DNA of 64,000 nt from a virus. Taxonomy: Duplodnaviria > Caudoviricetes. Where the stretch lies: IMG/VR virus record IMGVR_UViG_3300025789_000018; one strand, 5' to 3'. The position numbers were made by a program, and so were the translations under genes. Below are positions 1-8,245 of this stretch, piece after piece; the first letter of the stretch is position 1, and every line of letters starts with the position of its first letter. Under the pieces are notes generated by a model that searched no databases, was not told the DNA's origin, and worked only from the letters and a program-made list of their open reading frames with translations.

Positions 1-619
1 CAGCTTCAACAGCTTCCGTGATTTCGATCATTTTGTTCTGAGCGATTTCAGGAAAGTTGAAGTCAATGTCGATTTCGTAGGTAGGAAAAGTATCGATGTT
101 ATAGATGTGATATTCAGGATAATGAATATCAAACTCACCGACAGGAAGCCAGCGAGTAGTTTCATCAGCAAAGACGACCTTCACTGCAAACACAACAAAC
201 ATCTTGTCCAGACCAGTAAGAGCAACACCCTTTTGGATATTACCACCGCACCATTCTCCAAACACTGCAACTTTGGTAATAATCTGATCAGGTAAAAAGA
301 TTTCAATCATAGCTTGATCGACAACATCACGAATAACTTCTTCATGCTTCATCATAGCAAGCATGAAGCCAGCGTTATCAGAAGTCAAAGACAGTTCACG
401 TTCACGCGACTGGTAGCTAATAGTGTCGGTGGCAACGTCATACACGATACCAGCATTGGTACCATGCAGCTTGACAGTACCATAAAACTTCAGCGTAGGA
501 AGCGGGCGAGAATGATCATACACAGCATTGCCATCAGCATCCTTGCCAGCATACCGCGTATGGTTCTTGACATGATGAATCGTGGAACGGAACTGTTCGA
601 TAGAAGGAAACTTAAACAA
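1..619 (-). CDS. RNA ligase 2 (Rnl2)-like nucleotidyltransferase, 3' end runs off the window
   Basis: Not in the ORF track; manual translation from TTG at 619 (AAGGAG SD 7 nt upstream): MFKFPSIEQFR...GTVKLHGTNAGI (motif I KxHGxN)...VFGEWCGGNIQKG (motif III). Frame stays open to position 1. Confidence 0.8.
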   Translation of the reverse strand, partial: MFKFPSIEQFRSTIHHVKNHTRYAGKDADGNAVYDHSRPLPTLKFYGTVKLHGTNAGIVYDVATDTISYQSRERELSLTSDNAGFMLAMMKHEEVIRDVVDQAMIEIFLPDQIITKVAVFGEWCGGNIQKGVALTGLDKMFVVFAVKVVFADETTRWLPVGEFDIHYPEYHIYNIDTFPTYEIDIDFNFPEIAQNKMIEITEAVEA

Positions 620-803
620 GTGCAATCTCCTTTTCTTTGCATGGCATATTATGCCCCGTATTAAAATCTACGATATATGGAAAGGGCTGCCATTCTTCTA
701 GAACATCAATAACTTTGCCTACTTGAAGTTCATCAACTTCAGCACCAATGTTTTGAACAGCATATACACTATCACCAATCTTAAACATAATCTTCATCCT
801 CAA
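612..803 (-). CDS. hypothetical protein
   Basis: 63-aa ORF co-oriented and overlapping its neighbours. Confidence 0.55.
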   Translation of the reverse strand: MRMKIMFKIGDSVYAVQNIGAEVDELQVGKVIDVLEEWQPFPYIVDFNTGHNMPCKEKEIALV

Positions 804-939
804 TCAGGAAGCCTTCACCACCACAAGTGATGCAGGTTTCGCCATATTCTACACCAATGCCACCACAGACCATACAGTCGACGGGATTATACCCTCGCCG
901 ACCATATGCGTCTTCATAGATGTCAGGATCAATCGTCAT
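781..939 (-). CDS. small protein with DnaJ-type CxxCxGxG zinc-finger repeats
   Basis: Manual translation MTIDPDIY...CMVCGGIG...CITCGGEG..., 52 aa; ATGA overlap with the upstream stop. Confidence 0.6.
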   Translation of the reverse strand: MTIDPDIYEDAYGRRGYNPVDCMVCGGIGVEYGETCITCGGEGFLIEDEDYV

Positions 940-1745
940 TGTTTGCAACAAGTCACGCGGGCCATACGTTCCCAGTTGTTGGGATTGGTACGACGAAGAG
1001 CAGCCAGCTTGATAACCATACGCAGTGAAAGCTCACGAAGAGTATCAGAATTCTCAAGGATGAAGTCCATGATATCATCTTCCTCTTCCTGACTATAGCC
1101 ATTCTTAGAAAGCATACCAGCATCAAGAACCATCTGAATACGAATGAGATAGTCGCGACGAGTCTTCATAGCCAAGTCAATATAATGACTACGCGAAATC
1201 AGAGCAGAGAAATGCGGAGCCAGCTTAGAGCCGCGAGCAATCTCACCATCAAGGTCCATGTTGGTAATGAAGATGATGGAACCGTCAAACGCAAAGCTCT
1301 TAGGGATGATGCCACCATCCCCGTCTTCCATCTCATTCTCAGTGCGATACGAGATGACTCGCTTGTCAAGAGTGTCGCAAGCAGCTTTGAGCAGGTTAAG
1401 AGAAACCTCATCAAAGAATACCGAGTCAGCATCATCAAACACTAGAACATTACCGGGGTGACGATACTCATAGAGCAAACGAATGATACCCGTGGGCCGC
1501 AGATAACCGCGAACAATAGTATAAACAGACTCAGTATCATCGTAGTCGTTCAGTACTTCTTCGACCATGTAGGACTTGCCGAGGCCAGCAGGACCAGAAA
1601 CAACAAGTGCTCGGCAATCGCCCATAGTAGTAGCAACAGCCAGATCATTGAGTACGCTGAATCGATCAGCCAGCTTTGCGCGGATCTGATCATCAGTTTC
1701 GGTAATGTTATCAATCGGCATTCGTGCAAGTTTACGGCGAGCCAT
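936..1745 (-). CDS. P-loop (AAA-like) NTPase
   Basis: Walker A SGPAGLGKS, Walker B VLVFDDAD. Confidence 0.75.
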   Translation of the reverse strand: MARRKLARMPIDNITETDDQIRAKLADRFSVLNDLAVATTMGDCRALVVSGPAGLGKSYMVEEVLNDYDDTESVYTIVRGYLRPTGIIRLLYEYRHPGNVLVFDDADSVFFDEVSLNLLKAACDTLDKRVISYRTENEMEDGDGGIIPKSFAFDGSIIFITNMDLDGEIARGSKLAPHFSALISRSHYIDLAMKTRRDYLIRIQMVLDAGMLSKNGYSQEEEDDIMDFILENSDTLRELSLRMVIKLAALRRTNPNNWERMARVTCCKQ

Positions 1746-1770
1746 AGTTTCCCTTTCAAGCTATAATTGC

Positions 1771-1799
1771 ATACTACCTTAACCGGACTGAGAAGTCAA
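1771..1799 (-). promoter_or_regulatory. sigma70-type early promoter
   Basis: TTGACT-17-TAGTAT upstream of the ATPase. Confidence 0.6.
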
Positions 1800-2263
1800 G
1801 TGATATATTTGATGTTCGTAAACCCTTCGCCATTGCTCGGAGGAACATAAGAATCTCGCATCCTATCGATAGCATCTTGAGGAATATTCTTTCCTGGCCG
1901 AGAATTCAGTCGGCGCTGCCATTCATCCCAACTTGGAGTAGCGAACACAACAGCATCGATCTGATAATCATATGGCTTTAGGAAATTGATATACTTCGCT
2001 CGACTCTTTTGGCTGAGGTTTGTACGATCGATGACGAAATCAACACCTTCATCAACAGACCACTGAATGTGTTTCCACATAACAGTCTCGGCAAACTTAA
2101 TAAGATCTTTGAATCCCTCATTGTATGTCATGTTGTATATGTTAGAGACATACTCAATAACAGTATCAGTAGACATGACATTAGCCATGGGATCGTGGTG
2201 TTTAATCCATGTTGACTTCCCAGAAGCAGGTACACCGATAAGGATAGTACAGGTCTTAGTCAT
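1796..2263 (-). CDS. polynucleotide-kinase-type (AAA_33) P-loop kinase, stand-alone kinase domain
   Basis: GVPASGKST Walker A, STD, VIDRTNLS...R motifs as in the T4 PseT kinase domain; no phosphatase domain. Confidence 0.75.
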   Translation of the reverse strand: MTKTCTILIGVPASGKSTWIKHHDPMANVMSTDTVIEYVSNIYNMTYNEGFKDLIKFAETVMWKHIQWSVDEGVDFVIDRTNLSQKSRAKYINFLKPYDYQIDAVVFATPSWDEWQRRLNSRPGKNIPQDAIDRMRDSYVPPSNGEGFTNIKYIT

Positions 2264-2423
2264 CTTCTTTTTCCTTCAATAGATTGCGAGTTCGTTCCAC
2301 AATACAGTTGCCTTTGTCTTCCAAAAAATGTGCCTGACAATAGCCATGATGATCATGATGACACGGTTCATCATGAATGTCAAGCCATTCTTGCAAGAGT
2401 GCAGACATTTCCTTTTTAGACAT
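2256..2423 (-). CDS. hypothetical protein
   Basis: 55 aa from MSKKEM; His/Cys cluster CHHDHHGYCQAH. Confidence 0.55.
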   Translation of the reverse strand: MSKKEMSALLQEWLDIHDEPCHHDHHGYCQAHFLEDKGNCIVERTRNLLKEKEDD

Positions 2424-2562
2424 CTTTGTTCTCCAACCGCTGCTTGATGATAGCAATCGTTTCATCAAGAAACTCGTGAGAAGAGGTGCCATCCATCTTA
2501 ATCATAAACTTTGCAAGTTCAAGACGATCAAGTGCAAGTTTTAAAAGTTCTCTATCAGTCAT
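2416..2562 (-). CDS. hypothetical protein
   Basis: 48 aa from MTDRELL, coupled to the ligase stop. Confidence 0.5.
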   Translation of the reverse strand: MTDRELLKLALDRLELAKFMIKMDGTSSHEFLDETIAIIKQRLENKDV

Positions 2563-3124
2563 TATAAGCCAATCCCGGAAACCAAGCATCACGAATGGCT
2601 TCATACTTTGCCGTGCGACCAAGGTTATTACGGATCGTATTGCGAACAGTATCATAGACCTTAGACTTATCTTCCCAACAACTAAACACCGTAGAACGAG
2701 TGTACTGATCAAAGTTAGGAGCAATATCTAGAGCAAAAGTTTTACGATCTATACCCTCATCTTCAATCCGTTCTAGGATATGTTCAATAGAAAGACATTT
2801 AAATGCAACTTCAATGTTGTAATAATGCTCAAACTCAGACAGCCGATCACGATCTTCGGCAGGCAGATGAGCCTTGATGTCATCCAGCTTTTCATCCAGA
2901 ATGATTTCAACGATGTTGCGATCTTGTAGAATTGCTTCCTTTGCACGATGAATCTGGAGATACCACTGACACTTCAATTTCAACATATGTCCATCATCAA
3001 AGCGAACCACGAATCCTTCAAGGTCTTCCAGATCACGAACGTATTCAAGGAAAGCCTTCATATCATTCTGAGGTTCGAATGCACGAACTACAGGGATATT
3101 ATATCGAGAAATAAGATTAAACAT
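2555..3124 (-). CDS. rnlA: RNA ligase 1 (T4 gp63/RnlA-like), C-terminal fragment
   Basis: EGFVVRFDDGHMLKLKCQWY = motifs IV and V (T4 [20 protein letters not shown]); ATG at 3124 overlaps the stop of the upstream small ORF. Confidence 0.8.
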   Translation of the reverse strand: MFNLISRYNIPVVRAFEPQNDMKAFLEYVRDLEDLEGFVVRFDDGHMLKLKCQWYLQIHRAKEAILQDRNIVEIILDEKLDDIKAHLPAEDRDRLSEFEHYYNIEVAFKCLSIEHILERIEDEGIDRKTFALDIAPNFDQYTRSTVFSCWEDKSKVYDTVRNTIRNNLGRTAKYEAIRDAWFPGLAYND

Positions 3125-3332
3125 TATGAAATTCCGATTCTTCAATATGGAACTGAGGTACCCAGTCACCTACATTTTCTCCGACATCGCGCATCACGTC
3201 AATCCAATCTTGGGACTTCTCACGCTCCCAATCACCTGCAGCTTTCGCGGCATCATAGGTTTCATACACTCCAAACACATACCGATCGCCGTTATAATCA
3301 GTTTCGTCCTTGATAAGTACAAAAACTTTCAT
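3117..3332 (-). CDS. hypothetical protein inside the ligase-splitting cassette
   Basis: 71 aa MKVFVLIKDE..., GGAG SD, directly downstream of a TTGACA/TATACT promoter. Confidence 0.65.
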   Translation of the reverse strand: MKVFVLIKDETDYNGDRYVFGVYETYDAAKAAGDWEREKSQDWIDVMRDVGENVGDWVPQFHIEESEFHNV

Positions 3333-3356
3333 GTCAATCTCCATTCCTTATAGTTT

Positions 3357-3385
3357 AGTATACCACGGTTTTGGAAAAATGTCAA
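3357..3385 (-). promoter_or_regulatory. sigma70-type early promoter driving the small ORF and ligase C-fragment
   Basis: TTGACA-17-TATACT. Confidence 0.8.
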
Positions 3386-3392
3386 CTATTTT

Positions 3393-3460
3393 TATAAATA
3401 AGATGGCTGTCGCGGTATCCCCATACCCACAGCCTCTAACGCTAAACAGGAGCATCAGCT
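3393..3460 (+). promoter_or_regulatory. T4 late promoter plus conserved structured leader of the endonuclease
   Basis: TATAAATA, then stem GGCTGT/ACAGCC enclosing CGC-GGTAT-CCCC-ATACC-C, then TCTAA and AGGAG; same architecture at 11852-11914. Confidence 0.7.
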
Positions 3461-4087
3461 ATGGGTATTTATTGTACGTATCTTATCACATATAAAGGCA
3501 ACAAACTGCCGCCATTCTATATCGGATCGTCTAATATTAATAGATTAGAAGAAGGATACAGAGGAAGTGTATCTTCTGTTAGATATGGTAAGATATGGAA
3601 ACAAGAATTAAAAGAAAATCCTCATCTATTTAAATATCATATAATCACTACTCATGATACTAGAAAAGAAGCAACAGAAAAAGAACTTCAACTACAAATA
3701 ACCTTTAAGGTCATGCACAACCCAATGTATATTAATGAATCATATGCTAGAATTAATGGAGTTCATGGGTTATCTTTATCTGGTAAGAATCATTGGTCTA
3801 AACAACCAGGAAAACTTCATAATGCTAAGATAAACCATCCTAGAGGAATGCTTGGTAAGAAACATACAGATGAATTTAAGCAATTTATTTCAGAAGTTCA
3901 AATTGGTGAAAAGAATCACTTTTATGGAAAGAAACATTCACCCAAAGCTTTAGAGAAAATGAGAATAGCGGCATCAAATACCATATGGATTACCAATGGT
4001 ATAGATTCAACTCGACATCCTAAAGATGCCGCTATTCCAGAAGGTTGGTTTAGAGGTCGTCGCTTAAAGAAGCATATTGACCAGTAA
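3461..4087 (+). mobile_element. free-standing GIY-YIG homing endonuclease (Seg-like) with NUMOD3-type modules, antisense to the host gene
   Basis: IYCTYLIT...FYIGSS...YRGS N-terminus; GMLGKKHTDE and FYGKKHSPK NUMOD3 repeats. Confidence 0.85.
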
Positions 4088-4682
4088 CCATATGACGAAT
4101 AGCAGTTAATGTTAGAGTAGGTTCTTTACCATAATCAATTACAATACGCTTTTGAGGATGCATCCATTCAAAAATTGGAGTGTGTCCGTTATTAATTACA
4201 TCCCAGCAAAATGCTTCATAATCAATATCTGACAACTTTACAAATTGTTTAATCATTTCATGAAAATCTTGAGCAACCATTTTGGTGCCCCAGATAAGTT
4301 TACCTTCATGAGCAAAAACTGAGCACATTGATCCGTCTAGCTTCTCAAGGATAGCATGAGGGCGCGAAAGATCAATGACATGCTCCTGCGTCTCCTCACG
4401 CTCATTCACATTGAAGAACTTGTGGAAAGGACGACGGATGATGTCACCAGTCTTGGAGTCGAAGATGATACCACGAAGTTCGCGACGAATCTTAGCATTA
4501 AAGTTCGTAATTGGTATCCCAGAGATAGTAGTAGAGTTTACATCAGGAAACGTATCAGCCATCATCACGTTGTAGTTGATGACGGTATATGACCCTTTAT
4601 CGGCGACTACAAACTCATCGCGACCTTCAATGGCAGGCAGCACATCAGCGATGTTGGTGATGTGGGGAAATTCATAATTCAT
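4050..4682 (-). CDS. rnlA: RNA ligase 1 (T4 gp63/RnlA-like), N-terminal fragment
   Basis: RELRGIIF, RPFHKFFNVNE, motif I EKLDGS, TPIFEW, LTAIR; stops prematurely inside the antisense endonuclease gene. Confidence 0.85.
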   Translation of the reverse strand: MNYEFPHITNIADVLPAIEGRDEFVVADKGSYTVINYNVMMADTFPDVNSTTISGIPITNFNAKIRRELRGIIFDSKTGDIIRRPFHKFFNVNEREETQEHVIDLSRPHAILEKLDGSMCSVFAHEGKLIWGTKMVAQDFHEMIKQFVKLSDIDYEAFCWDVINNGHTPIFEWMHPQKRIVIDYGKEPTLTLTAIRHMVTGQYASLSDDL

Positions 4683-4705
4683 TATATATCCTTTCAATTA
4701 CGCTT

Positions 4706-4734
4706 ATTATACCCCCACATCACACTAATGTCAA
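4706..4734 (-). promoter_or_regulatory. sigma70-type early promoter
   Basis: Perfect TTGACA-17-TATAAT. Confidence 0.85.
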
Positions 4735-4740
4735 GCGGTA

Positions 4741-5325
4741 TTAATCGTGGCTGTAATCCTCAATGATAACCTTTTCTGGCGTGAGGTAGACAGCAACGTG
4801 ATCGCCGTAGACTTCCTGTAGCACATCTTCATTATCGTTCAGCAACTTAACAAACGCAGAAATCTTCTTGTCATAACCAGGAAACTCTTCAAACTGGTTT
4901 TCAAGTCGCGCAATATATTTGAGATAGTATCCTTTAGCCCAATCGCTTACATTTGGTTGATTAAGCTTTTTCTTGTACTTAAGAAGTTGATCTTCAAGAG
5001 ACATATGACCAAAACCTACACATTCCAAAGTCTTGTATTCATCATCTTCTTCGTATTCATATGGATCCTTCAGATCATCTACATCAAATCCATCAACAAT
5101 AAAATGCGGATCATTGATACGGAATACACATTCTTCACCATCGTTGAAGTATGGAGTGTACTGCGACCAAACAACAGCCTGAACCTTGGGGCATTCCTCA
5201 AAGAACAACTTGATGATCTCGTTAAACGACGACTGAAGTTCCTTCATATGCGCCTTCTTAAGAGCATCGATTTCGGCATTCTTTTCAGCAATCTTCTTGG
5301 TAATATTATCAAAAGCACTCATCAC
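4741..5325 (-). CDS. hypothetical protein
   Basis: 194 aa; WxQYTPYFNDGxxCxF motif typical of large-phage early proteins. Confidence 0.7.
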   Translation of the reverse strand: MMSAFDNITKKIAEKNAEIDALKKAHMKELQSSFNEIIKLFFEECPKVQAVVWSQYTPYFNDGEECVFRINDPHFIVDGFDVDDLKDPYEYEEDDEYKTLECVGFGHMSLEDQLLKYKKKLNQPNVSDWAKGYYLKYIARLENQFEEFPGYDKKISAFVKLLNDNEDVLQEVYGDHVAVYLTPEKVIIEDYSHD

Positions 5326-5732
5326 TTCACCCTTTCATAAACAGTTTTGGTAATCACATATCTTCATCAGTCAATTCTTCGTCGGTCGTTGAAATTTGCC
5401 CTTTCTCGCTTTTTGTTCTAATCTGGAAAGAACAACTCTCTCTAATTTTTCTACAGTGTCCACTCCAAAAACAGTATCGGGATCGGCGGCTGTACCATCA
5501 TTGCCACCGGTTCTAAAGATTATCAGCGGCAAATCAAGATCCTCTGCCAGTTTCCGGGCGAGATCAATAGCATTACTTGTCATTTTTGTTGGCAACAAAA
5601 CGACGACTGAAGTTCCTTCATATGCGCCTTCTTAAGAGCATCGATTTCGGCATTCTTTTCAGCAATCTTCTTGGTAATATTATCAAAAGCACTCATCACT
5701 TCACCCTTTCATAAACAGTTTTGGTAATCACA
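5224..5732. repeat. 135-bp perfect direct repeat (5224-5358 and 5598-5732) flanking a 239-bp unique insert
   Basis: Base-by-base identity from AAACGACGACTGAAG to GGTAATCACA in both copies. Confidence 0.9.
5371..5598 (-). CDS. hypothetical protein encoded by the insert between the repeats
   Basis: 75-aa ORF (probable start MTSNAIDL). Confidence 0.4.
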   Translation of the reverse strand: MLPTKMTSNAIDLARKLAEDLDLPLIIFRTGGNDGTAADPDTVFGVDTVEKLERVVLSRLEQKARKGKFQRPTKN

Positions 5733-5959
5733 ACTTCTTTGGGAGTTACTTCATGGATTTCAGGATCATCGTAGTAGTAATCGGTGTAATACGATCCCGA
5801 ACGACACTCTTCAATTTCGTAGTACGTATCTTCAATCTTTATAATTGAAGTACAATAAGAACGCTTACCTTGATCGATCCAATCACCAACTTCAATTAAT
5901 TCGCATTCAGGATCTTCCTCCTGAAACATTTCAATGATTTCTTGTTTACTGTAAGCCAT
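5696..5959 (-). CDS. hypothetical protein
   Basis: 87-aa acidic ORF in a coupled string. Confidence 0.65.
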   Translation of the reverse strand: MAYSKQEIIEMFQEEDPECELIEVGDWIDQGKRSYCTSIIKIEDTYYEIEECRSGSYYTDYYYDDPEIHEVTPKEVVITKTVYERVK

Positions 5960-6309
5960 CAGTCGACCAACCTTTCTTCACGACGCTTCTTTGCTCCACC
6001 AGACATCCAAGGTTGCAATTCTATTTTACCTAGCCAATCTGATACTTCAGGAATAAAGCCAAGATCTTCTTGAATGTGTTCTTCTGCAAGGTCACGAACA
6101 GATACATCCTTTCCTTGCGCATTGGTGATGTATGTGCCGAAAATGCGTTCAGCCATATAACAACCAAAAGAGCTATGGAGAATTGCACGATGCCGAACAT
6201 CAGGCATGGCAATCTTTGATGAATCAATAAATTCATGGATGGGCAGATAGTCCTCTACACACCCACCATGACGCTTTACCGAAACTTTAGCGTGAATGAG
6301 AGGCTTCAT
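5959..6309 (-). CDS. conserved phage protein (DUF6915-like)
   Basis: HAKxSVKRxGG...YxxIH..IDxSK...RHRxxLH...HIxEDLG pattern. Confidence 0.65.
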   Translation of the reverse strand: MKPLIHAKVSVKRHGGCVEDYLPIHEFIDSSKIAMPDVRHRAILHSSFGCYMAERIFGTYITNAQGKDVSVRDLAEEHIQEDLGFIPEVSDWLGKIELQPWMSGGAKKRREERLVD

Positions 6310-6575
6310 TCTTCAACACCCAAAGCACGCGCGAGACCTGAGCGAACCCGTTCTGGGTCCCAATTGATGATCTTACCTGTATCAAGATCAATATCCAAGA
6401 TCAGATAATCGCCCCAATGGTCTCCGGGAAAGAACGAAGGAACATAACCCTCTTGTTCTTTAACGACCTCACCCGTATCATCAAGATACTGATAAAAGCC
6501 TTCATCACGAACCTTAACGTGGACACAAACAGTCTTGATATCAACATCAACAGGCTTTGAGATAGAAACTTTCAT
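6306..6575 (-). CDS. hypothetical protein
   Basis: 89 aa; GYVPxFFPGxHxGDYxxLxIDxxTGxIxNW phage motif. Confidence 0.7.
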   Translation of the reverse strand: MKVSISKPVDVDIKTVCVHVKVRDEGFYQYLDDTGEVVKEQEGYVPSFFPGDHWGDYLILDIDLDTGKIINWDPERVRSGLARALGVEE

Positions 6576-6895
6576 CGTTCATCTCCAACAGCAGCAACAG
6601 TGCCGTTCTTGTAGTGAATATAGCTAGGAATACCCCAACCACCCGTAACAGGACCACCATACATCGTGGGAGTTTCGGTGCCGCGATCATCAGACCAAAC
6701 AGACGACCAACGATCACCGCAACAAGGGCAATCACGATCATCATCGCAACCATTGAAATAGATACCTTTCGACTCAGCGAGCATATTTGCTTCTTCGGCC
6801 GAATCTGCTTCAATGATTACATGATAACCAATACCGTGGAACGAATCATGGTGGAAGTTACCACCAGAATTGTTTTGACTAAAATCATAAAACAT
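6572..6895 (-). CDS. hypothetical protein
   Basis: 107 aa; FxQNNSGG...IEAxSAEEAN...DCxCCGDRW phage motif. Confidence 0.7.
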   Translation of the reverse strand: MFYDFSQNNSGGNFHHDSFHGIGYHVIIEADSAEEANMLAESKGIYFNGCDDDRDCPCCGDRWSSVWSDDRGTETPTMYGGPVTGGWGIPSYIHYKNGTVAAVGDER

Positions 6896-7371
6896 TATGC
6901 ATCCTCCGAACCATAAGCATACTCATCATCGTATTCATCATATTCATCATATTCATCTTCATCATAGTCGGGATTGGTATCAACTACCAAATCACCGAAA
7001 TAGATCTTACCGGGACGCTGTTCATGCGGGTCCGTATACCCAGTCTCAAACGGATCATGGAATGTATGAACGTTACCGAGATTAAGGTTTTTGCGCTCAT
7101 CTTCAGCAATATCGCTGACGCGAATGCATCCGATCAGTCCAGCATCAACGCCGTAGCTGTTTCCGTAGTTGTCTTCATATTGACCATCGCCCCAAGCAGT
7201 GCCATACGAAGCGAAACGAGTACCATCTTCAAGAACAAACTCACCATCAACACAATCATAACCGTTGATGGTCTTATCGCATACCTTATCCCAGCGATCG
7301 TGCATCACATACGCCAAATCGCCCACATAGTAGATTCCTGCCGTCATAGTCATAAGAAATTCCTTCCACAC
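6895..7371 (-). CDS. hypothetical protein with acidic tail
   Basis: 158 aa; YYVGDLxYV...TxxGDG...VDAGLIG motif. Confidence 0.7.
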   Translation of the reverse strand: MWKEFLMTMTAGIYYVGDLAYVMHDRWDKVCDKTINGYDCVDGEFVLEDGTRFASYGTAWGDGQYEDNYGNSYGVDAGLIGCIRVSDIAEDERKNLNLGNVHTFHDPFETGYTDPHEQRPGKIYFGDLVVDTNPDYDEDEYDEYDEYDDEYAYGSEDA

Positions 7372-7392
7372 TACATTTCACACTACAATTGC

Positions 7393-7421
7393 ATTATACT
7401 CTTATAACAATTAAAAGTCAA
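7393..7421 (-). promoter_or_regulatory. sigma70-type early promoter
   Basis: TTGACT-17-TATAAT. Confidence 0.8.
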
Positions 7422-7430
7422 GTTGTTTTA

Positions 7431-7706
7431 TTATGACTCAGGTTCTGTTTTAGCCTTGAACCCAAGAGCAGCGCCACCACCAGCAAGAGTTCCACCAAGA
7501 CCAAGACCATATTCGCTTGCTTTGAATGCGTTATGTAAAATAACAGTATCATAGACAGCAAGACCAAAAAAGATCAAGACGCCAATAGCCCAAAGGATAC
7601 GGCCAATATCTGGTGTGTGGTTATCTTTACCTGTGAAGGTAAGAACAAAGAAAGATTCTATTGATTTAAGCATTTCATTCCCCGTCAACAATGAACGATA
7701 GTCCAT
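7431..7706 (-). CDS. small membrane protein (2 TM)
   Basis: Hydrophobic segments ILWAIGVLIFFGLAV and GLGLGGTLAGGGAALGF. Confidence 0.6.
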   Translation of the reverse strand: MDYRSLLTGNEMLKSIESFFVLTFTGKDNHTPDIGRILWAIGVLIFFGLAVYDTVILHNAFKASEYGLGLGGTLAGGGAALGFKAKTEPES

Positions 7707-8085
7707 TATTTAGGGATACGCGCTTGGGTAAAGAAGTCCCTGCAGGAAACACAACTCTGTATTCTTTATCATCTAACATAAAATTGATTATAGTATCGTT
7801 ACCGAGATACTTTTCTGGCAACAAAATCTTACTTGTGTTCTTGCTTATAAATCTATAATATCTATCTTCTTTGCCACTTGGGACGAATTTTGGTTTCTGC
7901 TGTATATAATGTTTTTGTAAAAAGGTAAATGCATCATTAACAAGACGAAAATCATTTATTGCTGTCTCTGCTTTGTTGTGATCTGGATGATACTTAAGAG
8001 CCATCTTTCGATAGCTCTTTTTTATTTCTTCAAGACTATTTGTGGGTGTGCAACTCAGCAAAGAATATGCGATATTATGATTCAT
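7675..8085 (-). CDS. DnaJ J-domain protein
   Basis: EIKKSYRKMALKYHPDHN (HPD motif), FRLVNDAF. Confidence 0.85.
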   Translation of the reverse strand: MNHNIAYSLLSCTPTNSLEEIKKSYRKMALKYHPDHNKAETAINDFRLVNDAFTFLQKHYIQQKPKFVPSGKEDRYYRFISKNTSKILLPEKYLGNDTIINFMLDDKEYRVVFPAGTSLPKRVSLNNGLSFIVDGE

Positions 8086-8245
8086 CTTCTGTTAATTCTT
8101 CAGCAATAAGTTGACTGATGGCACTCTTAAGATTTCTAAGAGTGGTGATAATTTCTTGATTACTTATGCCTTCAGCCTTCATATGCGCACAACCCATACC
8201 AATCATGATGCAGGCTTCATCGAAGAATTCATTCTGAGTGTTCAT
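8075..8245 (-). CDS. hypothetical protein
   Basis: Short ORF from MNTQNEF in a coupled string. Confidence 0.45.
   Translation of the reverse strand: MNTQNEFFDEACIMIGMGCAHMKAEGISNQEIITTLRNLKSAISQLIAEELTEDES

Noticed and set aside
3405-3445. HDV-like (theta) ribozyme reading of the endonuclease leader
   Set aside because: CUAA follows P1, but there is no GG for P1.1 and no P2 partner for CGC in the 11864 copy
3117-4087. Group I intron explanation for the split RNA ligase
   Set aside because: The endonuclease is antisense, the insert contains its own early promoter and an SD-bearing ORF, and no P4/P7 core was recognisable; splicing still needs an RT-PCR check
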